This document shows, in pieces, positions 54,369 through 64,000 of a DNA stretch of 64,000 nt. Each line of letters opens with the position of its first letter. The first letter of the stretch is position 1. The stretch is from Octopus sinensis. Taxonomy: Eukaryota. A model generated the notes under the pieces. It was not told the DNA's origin. It saw only the letters and a list, made by a program, of their open reading frames with translations, and did not search any database. The position numbers and the translations under genes were made by a program. The DNA lies in contig NC_043013.1 of the NCBI RefSeq assembly GCF_006345805.1, forward strand, positions 51,522,001-51,586,000. Reading direction: 5' to 3'.

Positions 54369-54780
54369 ATATATTGCATGTCACCATGCCTCGGTGTTTT
54401 GTATATGCCTACCCCTTGCTCTGTATTCTCTTCTCCAATCCTGTGCAGCCTCTCTCCTCATACGCTCAGAGAATTTTTGATCTCCATCTCCATTTAGCAT
54501 TTCATTTCTACATGCCTTTTATCTCTCCTACCATTTCCTTTATCCCTCATTTCTTCTTCCGACCCCTGCTACTTCACTGTCTCTTACCGTGTGTGTGGGC
54601 TTGGCTGGGCCTGACTGGGCCACACTCGGTCTCTCTCTCCCCTTCATTAGACTTTCGTTACATATAAGCCTATGCTATCTTTACTTATGTCTATATTTGC
54701 TTTGGCTAACTTATGCCTCTATCTTCACTTCTGCTTTTTTCTCCTTCTAAGAATTTCCAAACATAATCATACACACAAAG

Positions 54781-54813
<33 letters not shown>

Positions 54814-54847
54814 TATATTATATTATATATATATATATATATGCATA

Positions 54848-54951
<104 letters not shown>

Positions 54952-54954
54952 CAT

Positions 54955-54993
<39 letters not shown>

Positions 54994-55139
54994 GAAATAG
55001 AAAGATGAATATCTTGTAGTAGATTAATCAAAAGTTTAACCGATACCTTAGTAGCAAAAATCACAGCAGTGAACAGCACGGTTGGAGGTACAACCATCTG
55101 GCGTAGCAACCGTGCGTTGGTGCGGATAATTGAAATAAA

Positions 55140-56254
55140 AACATTATTGGTGAATTGAAGAAATGGAGCTGAACGCAGATTGAACAGAAATCGTTTTATT
55201 TCATTCTACACGTGTTCGAAAGGCACAAATTACCAAAAATCCGATTGAATAATGGGACCATATTGTGTCTTTCTCTTCAGGAAGAAAAAAGGAAATCCGT
55301 TGGAAAAACAAAAACAGAACAGAGGCAGAGCAAAAAACAAATCGAACTGTGCTCCTAAGAGCCCATGGCGAAACTGTTTATCAGTGTATGTTGAGAACCG
55401 GTGGCTGAAGAATTCAACAGGTCAGGCATCGGTCAAACATGTGGGTGAGGGTGTATAGACGTTCTTTGTGACCGAGAATAAAGTTCTGACTATTTAAAGA
55501 ATATTGGATGTTTTATAAGGGGCGAGAAAAAATCTACTTAGAGACGTGTGTGTGTGTATACTGTTCTATATATGTGTGTTGGCGTAGGGGTAGAAAACAT
55601 TTTTTGTGTACGTGTGTGCGTTTGATCGTTCGGCTGTCAGTGGCTACTGCCGGATAACCGTTGGGTGGCAGAAAGAAAAAAAATAAAGAAATTATATATA
55701 TATATTTTATGTTTTATGTGTGTGTGTGTGTGTTCATCTAAGCCTACCTTGACAAGGAAACCCCCGCTGTGAAAAAACAAGCCCCGTTTGTCTTACAGGA
55801 GTAATTTCCTTGCAGTGGTTAATTGTAGATATCTTAAAATCTATTTCAGAATTTGTTACCAAGGGCTATGGGTGCCGGTCTTATTTATAAACGCTATTTA
55901 AAGGCAGCAGATAAGTGTAACGCCGCAATGGGGGCATCGAAAAGCCGACTGTAAGAGCCCGTTTACCATCCGGCCTCTGGCAAACAAAATATGGAAGAGT
56001 TCGGAGACACAAAGGTTGCACTGTCTCTGCCCCTATCAAATGGGAGGGCCACCGACAAAATTGACCATTCCAGCCTATAGCTTAAGTTCGCATCCTTCAG
56101 TCGCCATATTAGCTTACTGAGTCCCGTGGTCTGGCGCTTGTTCACGTCCCGAAAAGTTTGGTAATTTGTGCCTTTCGAAACACGTGTAGAATGAAATAAA
56201 ACGATTTCTGTTCAATCTGCGTTCAGCTCCATTTCTTCAATTCACCAATAATGT

Positions 56255-56255
<1 letters not shown>
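55140..56255 (-). mobile_element. Second Penelope-like element: GIY-YIG C-terminus, 3' pLTR and inverted partial pLTR at the 5' end
   Basis: 55140-55233 is the reverse complement of 56161-56255; NKRQTTGLSKLIWRLKD...WSIL...CNLCVSE at ~55960-56150. Confidence 0.85.
55201..55285 (-). ncRNA. Type-I hammerhead motif, sense to the PLE
   Basis: tcttc CTGAAGA gaaagacacaa...ttgtgcctttc GAA cacgtg TA gaatga; this copy lacks one A of GAAA, which is present in the inverted copy at ~56176. Confidence 0.75.
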
Positions 56256-56348
<93 letters not shown>

Positions 56349-56404
56349 TATATATATATATACATATATATATATAATATAATATATATATATATATATA
56401 TATC

Positions 56405-56471
<67 letters not shown>

Positions 56472-56476
56472 TATAC

Positions 56477-56518
<42 letters not shown>

Positions 56519-56612
56519 TAATCCAAACAAGAAAAAAAAAAACAACAACAACGCGAGGACGTGGAACAAATAAAGTATTATTGGACGCTCAGGAAAGAAG
56601 GGAAGAAGGAGG

Positions 56613-56647
56613 GTTTAACGTTTCGAGCGGAGGTCTTCGTCGGAAAC
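56613..56647 (-). ncRNA. Minimal type-I hammerhead motif (CCGACGA core)
   Basis: gttt CCGACGA a gacc tcc gctc GAAA cg TT aaac. Confidence 0.7.
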
Positions 56648-56882
56648 ATAGGAGAAGGAAAGATCCCGAGAAGGGAAGACAGAGGAAAAAAATCGGCAGC
56701 GGTACTCACGAGGTCACATGTTCTTTTATTCTTTCACATGGTTCAGTCATCTGACTACGGCCATGCTGGAGGTGCCGCCTTTAATCGAACAAATCGACCC
56801 CAGGACTTATTCAAAATATAACCACATGCTGGTGATTTTTTCTTCCGTCTTCCTCTTTCTATTGCACTTTCCCCTCTCTCCT

Positions 56883-56916
56883 GTTTCTGAAAAAGTGCTT
56901 TGCTCGAAACGTAAAC
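56883..56916 (+). ncRNA. Decayed minimal type-I hammerhead motif
   Basis: gttt CTGAAAA a gtgc ttt gctc GAAA cg TA aac; G8 is mutated and stem I is one base short. Confidence 0.55.
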
Positions 56917-57008
56917 CACCTTTCTTTCCTTCCTTCAGCGTCTGCTAATACTTTACATGCACCACGGCCTCAGGCTGTTGTTTCTTTTGTGCTTGTTCTT
57001 CGTTTACA

Positions 57009-57093
<85 letters not shown>

Positions 57094-57169
57094 GTATATA
57101 TATATACTCTCAAAAAGCGAGAGAGGGGGGGCACCTTTATTTATGTTTATGCATATAAGTGGATGTATA

Positions 57170-57205
<36 letters not shown>

Positions 57206-57479
57206 TGTATGTATGTATGTATGTATGTATGCATATATATGTATATAATGTATGTCTGTCTGTCCATCTATCAACCAATACATGCATATATCTATATATA
57301 CATATAAACACACTAATACATATGCAAATACATGTCTGTGTATATACATATCTATGCACACACGCACACATATATATGCATACATATATACGGGTGTATA
57401 TTTGCCTATATGTACTTATGTGTGTGTGTACATATATATATATATAGGTAAATATGATTGTATATGTGCATGTATGTAT

Positions 57480-57541
<62 letters not shown>

Positions 57542-57548
57542 ATGTATA

Positions 57549-57625
<77 letters not shown>

Positions 57626-57802
57626 ATGTATATATATATCTTCTTGTTCTACCCGGCCATTCTACAATGTCTTGTAGCTGGAGGCGCCAGTCTGTCTTGT
57701 TTTGACAGAATCTAGCTTACTATATTTTCTCTTCCGCCCAGCTGGGTCAGGAAACACCATTTCACAATATGATATTACCATTGTTATTGTTTTTGATCTC
57801 TT

Positions 57803-57992
57803 TATCATCAACATCATCATCATCATCATCGTCATCTTCATCATCATCATCATCATCATCATCATCGTCATCGTCATCATCATCATCATCATCATCATCA
57901 TCGTCGTCGTCGTCGTCATCATCATCATCATCATCATCATCATCGTCATCATCATCGTCATCATCATCGTCATCATCATCATCATCGTCATC

Positions 57993-58040
<48 letters not shown>

Positions 58041-58350
58041 GTCATCTTCATCATCATCATCATCGTCATCTTCATCATCATCATCATCATCATCATCGTC
58101 ATCGTCATCTTCATTATCATGTTCATCATCATCATCATTATCATCATCATCATCTTCATCATTTTAATCATCATCAACAGCATAGTCATCGCCATCACCA
58201 GTCGCAGTAGCAGCAGTAGCAACAACATCCGCATCACCGTCAACAGTATCATTAACCTCTCCCCTCCACCTTCGCCCTGGAGGTAAAGAAAAAAAATCGT
58301 CATCATCATCATCTTCGTCATCACCATCATCATCACTATTTTCATCAACT
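57803..58350. repeat. Long compound (CAT)n microsatellite with CGT/CTT interruptions
   Basis: Directly visible; source of the poly-Ser, poly-Ile and poly-Met ORFs. Confidence 0.95.
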
Positions 58351-58390
58351 TAGTCTTGTGGCTATATTAGAAATGTTGCTGTTGTTGTTG

Positions 58391-58430
<40 letters not shown>

Positions 58431-58445
58431 CATTATTATCATCAC

Positions 58446-58479
<34 letters not shown>

Positions 58480-58532
58480 GTTGTTGTTGTTGTTGTTGTG
58501 TTGTTGTTGTTTTTATTATTATTATTATTATG

Positions 58533-58695
58533 AAGGCAGTGAGCTGGCAGAATTCTTAGTTCAAATTCCGTCGAGGTCGACTTTGCCTTTCATCCTTTCA
58601 GGGTCGATGAAATGAGTAGCTGTGAAAAGCTGGAGTCGATGTAATCGACCAGACCCTCCCCACAAATTTCAGGCCTTGTGCCTTTAGTAGAAAGG
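58533..58695 (+). mobile_element. S2 SINE with internal deletion
   Basis: aaggcagtgagctggcagaat...aaattccgtcgaggtcgactttgcc. Confidence 0.8.
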
Positions 58696-59167
58696 ATTAT
58701 TATTATAATCATTATCTTCACCATCATCATCATCATCATCATCATTTTTGTGACTTTCGAGTGAGAGAGCAGCGCAATGTGACACTGGGGTACCAATATA
58801 CGAAACCCAATATACCCTTAATGAATACCCGTGTGATTAGGTTACAGCAGGCACATGCATCACAACATGGGGATCTCATATCAACATAAACAGTACATGA
58901 CCTTGCAGGTGGGGCCCGGTTAGAATTTTCCTCTGATCGAGTAACCCATCCCGTTCTAAAGGTCCCTGAATAAGGGTTGTTTAAGGATGTTGAACGAAAC
59001 ACCCATGTTTTCAGAGGTGAACTATACAAACGCCCAAAAATCCCTCTCAACACATGGCTATGATGCTCCCCCACTACTTCTGCATGTGATCAGAGATGCA
59101 CATATCGTTAGCCACTAAGTGACATGCTTAACTGGTTAAGGTCAAACAACTGACAAACACATTCTCT

Positions 59168-59379
59168 CTTTTCTCTCTTTTACTTGTTTCAGTCATTTGA
59201 CTGAGGCCATGCTGGAGCACCGCCTTTAGTCGAGCAGATCGACCCCGGGACTTATTCTTTGTAAGCCCAGTACTTATTCTATCGGTCTTTTTTGCCGAAC
59301 CGCTAGGTGACGGGGACATAAACACACCAGCATCGGTTGTCAAGCAATGCTAGGGGGACAAACACAGACACACAAACAT

Positions 59380-59424
<45 letters not shown>

Positions 59425-59590
59425 TACGACAGGCTTCTTTCAGTTTCCGTCTACCAGATCCACTCACAAGGCGTTGGTTGGCCCGGGGCTATAGCAGAAG
59501 ACACTTGCCCAAGGTGCCGCGCAGTGGGACTGAACCCGGAACCATGTGGTTGGAAAGCAAGCTACTTACCACAAAGACACTCCTGCGCCT
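59168..59590 (-). mobile_element. Full-length S1 SINE
   Basis: Near-identical to 4503-4917. Confidence 0.92.
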
Positions 59591-59725
59591 GTAGTATTGA
59601 ACAGAATATTTGCTGTAGCCCATCCTTTGTCTCATGACAAAACTTATACATTTTAACACTTCTAATCAGTTACGATTAGAAACCATGAAAGCCACTGCCT
59701 CGTATTGCATCAGGACATTTATTAT

Positions 59726-59778
<53 letters not shown>

Positions 59779-59853
59779 TTATTATTATTATTATTATTAT
59801 AATTAGTAGTAGTAGTAGTAGTAGTAGTAATGGTAGTGGTAGTAGTAGTAGTA

Positions 59854-59895
<42 letters not shown>

Positions 59896-59897
59896 AA

Positions 59898-60107
59898 AGG
59901 CTGGCGAGCTGGCAGAATCGTTAGCACGCTGGACGGAGTGTTTAGCAGTATTCCGCCCATCGCTACGCTCTGAGTTCAAAATCCGCCGAGGACGACTTTG
60001 CCTTTCAACCTTTCGAGGTCGATAAATTAAGTAGCAGTTGCGTACTGGGATTGATGTAATTGACTGCCCCTTCACCCAAAATTTCAGGGCTTGTGCCTAT
60101 AGTAGAA
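59898..60107 (+). mobile_element. S2 SINE
   Basis: ggctggcgagctggcagaatcgttagcacg head and body, flanked by trinucleotide microsatellites. Confidence 0.85.
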
Positions 60108-60135
60108 AGGTTTATTATTATTATTGTTGTTATAA

Positions 60136-60221
<86 letters not shown>

Positions 60222-60234
60222 TTAATAATAAAAT

Positions 60235-60273
<39 letters not shown>

Positions 60274-60280
60274 TAGTAAT

Positions 60281-60620
60281 AGGCGCATGGCTCAGTGGTT
60301 AGAGCGTCGAGCTTACGATCGTGAGGCTGTGAGTTCGAATCCCGGACCGGGCTGCGTGTTGTGTTCTTGAGCAAGGCACTTTATTTCACGTTGCTCCAGT
60401 TCACTCAGCTGTAGAAATGTGTTGCGACGTCACAGGTGCCAAGCTGTATCGACCTTTGTCTTTCCCTTGGATAACACTGGTGGCGTGGAGAGGGGAGGCT
60501 GGTATGCATGGGCGACTGCTGGCCTTCCATAAACAACCTTGCCCGGACTTGTGTCTAGGAGGGTAACTTTCTAGGTGCAATCCCATGGTCATTCATGACC
60601 GAAGGGGGTCTTTACCCTTT
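60281..60620 (+). mobile_element. Full-length tRNA-derived SINE, family S3
   Basis: A box tggctcagtgg, B box gttcgaatcc, then a non-tRNA body; flanked by (TAA)n and (TTA)n. Confidence 0.85.
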
Positions 60621-60709
60621 TATTATAATAATTACTATTATTATTATTATAATTATTATTATTATTATTATTATTGTTGTTGTTGTTGTTATTATTATTA
60701 TTACTATTA

Positions 60710-60747
<38 letters not shown>

Positions 60748-60755
60748 GTTATTAT

Positions 60756-60796
<41 letters not shown>

Positions 60797-60839
60797 ATAG
60801 TAGTAGTGGTGGTGGTAGTGGTGGTGGTGGTGGTGGTGA

Positions 60840-60894
<55 letters not shown>

Positions 60895-60904
60895 GGTGGT
60901 GGTG

Positions 60905-60948
<44 letters not shown>

Positions 60949-61626
60949 CTCGTTTTGATTTGCTGAAGACTCAGTAGCCGTGATTCACGTGTATCTCATT
61001 TGTAACATCATCCTCTCTGATATCGATTTCTATAAGCGTTCGAATATCCTCTTCATTATTAGTTTTCTGTAATGCATTTTTATTACTCGTTTTACCCTCC
61101 GTACTTCAGGATGTCTCTTTATTCATATTGTTTATATAAAAATAGCATTCTCTTTTTCAGCTTCCGTCGCTGCAACGTCCTCCGGGAATAACGTATCAAT
61201 GATTCTGAAATTCATCTCTCTTCTTTTAAAAATCTTTGATGACAATGTCAGACTGATTGCAGCTAACTTATATTTGTGTATTTGTGTTTCTCTATAATGC
61301 AAATTATCCTTCCTTCATTATTCATGTATTATTTCTGTATAAGTTTTGTTATTATTTTTCTGCCTGTCGGTTATCTCTATAGTTATATATCTAAGGTAGC
61401 AATGTTGGAAATGCTTACATACTTTCCGGATTGCATCGATCTTATTGCAGTTATGTCTGTGCAAATATTCAGTGCAATGAAAGCTAATTTCGAAAAACAT
61501 ATAAATACGCGGATCAATACCCGACATCAATTCTACATCGGAGTGGTTATGAGGACAAGTGAAAAATACCCAGGAACACATTCTTGGGAGTGGTATGATA
61601 CATATATAGACATACATACATTATAT

Positions 61627-61682
<56 letters not shown>

Positions 61683-61746
61683 CACACAAACATATATTTA
61701 CATATATATATAGCTAGAGAGATGGATACATACATATTCGCATGTT

Positions 61747-61861
<115 letters not shown>

Positions 61862-62108
61862 GTATGTATGTATGTATATGTATCACTCTCATTTTGTACT
61901 TTTACGTACCATTCTTCTTTGCCTGATTTCTTCAGGGTAATGAGATTTCATACCACCAACACTGCATGTGCTTCACCCGTAAATACATATATATATACAT
62001 TTGTGTGTGTGTGTGTGTGTCTATATATTTATATATATACACACAAACATATATTTACATATATATATAGCTAGAGAGATGGATACATACATATTCGCAT
62101 GTTTATAT

Positions 62109-62216
<108 letters not shown>

Positions 62217-62271
62217 GTATATGTATGTATGTATGTATTTGTATTGCAATATATAAATAAATGAATATGTA

Positions 62272-63563
62272 CGAGGGGTGTTCAATAAGTAATGCCCCTG
62301 ACCCACTTCCCATAGCAGTAGAGCAACGAAACTTGGCACAGGTATTAGTCTTTTTCTACATAGGAACAACCCAGAGGTACGCATTTCTCCCATCGTTTGA
62401 TGCAGTTCTGGAGACCGTTTTCGTAGAAGACCCCAGCTTTGTCCTCCAACCACGACGTGACTTCAGAAATCAAGGCTGCATCATCTGGGAAACGCTTTCC
62501 TTTCAAAAACAACTTCATGGTTGGGAAGAGGTGAACATCAGAGGGTGCAAGGTCAGGAGAGTAGGGGGATGGGGGAAGAGTTCATAGCCGCACGCCTGTG
62601 CTTCTGATCTGGCGACACGCGAGTTGTGGACCGGAGCGTTGTCCTGCAGGAGGAGGATGCCTTTGCTGATCTTGCCCCGCCTCTTGGTTTCGATAGCTTC
62701 TCTTAATTTCCTCAAAAGTGAAACATGATAGGCTCCTGTAATTGTGGTACCCTTTGCCAGGAAATCTGTCATTACTACTCCGTCCTGGTCCCAGAATACT
62801 GTGAGCATGACCTTGCCAGCGGAGGGCTGCACCCTTGCCTTCTTTGGAGGAGGTGAGTCATGGTGCTTCCAATGCATTGACTGGGCTTTGGTCTCTGGAT
62901 CATAGTAATGGACCCAGGTTTCATCCTGTGTAATCAGTCTTTTGAAAAGCTTTGACTCATCTTCTTGGCACATCCCTAAATTCTTGCTTCTGAAATTCTT
63001 GCGTTCTTGCTTCTGGAAAAGTGTGAGCAACCTGAAAATCCATCTGGCAGACACCTTTTGCATATGCAAATGGTCATGAATGATAGTTTCCACGGACCCG
63101 CTACTAATCTTGACCTCATGGGCTATTTGGCGAATAATTATGCGTCGATCTTCCAAAATGGCAGCCTCAACTTGACGGACAGATGCCTCATCAATGGCAG
63201 AAGGGGTGCGACCAGATCTGGGAGCTGTTTCCACAGAGTTCCGACCATGTTTGAATTCACGATGCCAGCGTTTTACAAGGTCATATGATGGGGCATCATC
63301 ACCATAAGTTACTTTCATTTCATTAAAAGTCTCCTGTGGTGTGCGTCATTTCAAATACAAAAACCAGATCACTGCTCGACACTCAACATGCTCCATTTCC
63401 CACTTGACTCATTTCAAACACCTGTAAATCAGAAACCACAATTAGTTCGGGGCTGTAAATTGCCACTTAATCTATAGAGATATTAGTAATTGTACATGCA
63501 AACTTTCAGCTAGATCAATCAAAGGCAAGTGGGTCAGAGGCATTACTTATTGAACGCCCCTCG
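62272..63563 (-). mobile_element. Full-length mariner transposon (1292 bp)
   Basis: 39-bp TIRs starting cgagggg[t/c]gttcaataagtaatgcc (3 mismatches); TA duplication at 62270-71 and 63564-65. Confidence 0.97.
62345..63396 (-). pseudogene. Mariner D,D34D transposase, disrupted
   Basis: HTH region, VSARW, ITQDETW, LQDNAPVH, and YSPDLAPSD in the shifted frame; one in-frame TGA at codon 17 and one 1-nt deletion near 62565. Confidence 0.93.
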
Positions 63564-63655
63564 TACCTCATGCTTGGCGTGATAGCTACGTATGTAAATA
63601 TATATACCCATACGTTTAGATTTCATATGCGCATGTGAAGGCGTGTGCGTGTATG

Positions 63656-63687
<32 letters not shown>

Positions 63688-64000
63688 CAGTTGCGGCCAA
63701 AATGTTCAGAACGGCGTTCTTTTCGTCAGAAAAGTACGTATAAGTTTTTATTAAAGTTGTTTTATATTCTCTAATTTTCACAGACAATAAATACAATATT
63801 AACTGTTATTGTCTGAGATTTTGGTGTAATTTGAGAGGATAATACAAAAGTTATGAATGATTTAGTGATTTACTGCAAAACCCATGGCGGCCAAAAGGAT
63901 CAGAACGGTTGAAAAAATAACAAAATAATCAAAAATGACAGAGAATATGGAATTATTCAATATTTAGTGTGAAGCCCTTTAGCTTCAATCACACTCTGAC
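63688..64000 (+). mobile_element. End of an IR-DR type Tc1-like transposon (runs off the window)
   Basis: TA|cagttgcggccaaaatgttcagaacgg, with the inner direct repeat gcggccaaaaggatcagaacgg at ~63887. Confidence 0.7.

Larger units (their letters stand above)
56571..56955. mobile_element. Short element made of two inverted pLTR-like arms, with an S1 fragment (~56718-56815) between them
   Basis: 56571-56700 and 56828-56955 are diverged reverse complements, each carrying an HHR motif. Confidence 0.7.

Noticed and set aside
60281-60355. tRNA gene
   Set aside because: A and B boxes are present, but there is no convincing acceptor stem and the sequence continues into a SINE body; the same holds for the other tRNA-like heads.
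60960-61617. Unique segment with partly open minus-strand frames
   Set aside because: Stops interrupt every frame and I recognise no homology; cannot be called an exon.

Overview
AT-rich, microsatellite-dense eukaryotic non-coding DNA. The tRNA-derived SINE families resemble octopus/coleoid cephalopod repeats (recognised from memory, not searched). No intact host gene can be supported; almost every listed ORF is a translated microsatellite or repeat. The window holds: three tRNA-derived SINE families; a TAA-flanked R4/Dong-clade LINE (RT plus restriction-like endonuclease, frameshifted) and a second 3' fragment of it; two mariner pseudogene elements, Tc1/mariner and hAT-like MITEs, and Helentron-like units; two Penelope-like (GIY-YIG) elements with inverted pseudo-LTRs; a 100-N gap; and a ~1.8 kb tandem duplication. 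The main hidden signal is RNA structure. Seven type-I hammerhead ribozyme (HHR) motifs occur in six repeat families, four of them with a CCGANGA core. Five copies of one repeat carry all three HHR core segments (UC, GAAA, CUGANGA) in a non-canonical order, with three covarying helices: a candidate permuted, pseudoknotted hammerhead. All structures were paired by eye and none has been tested.
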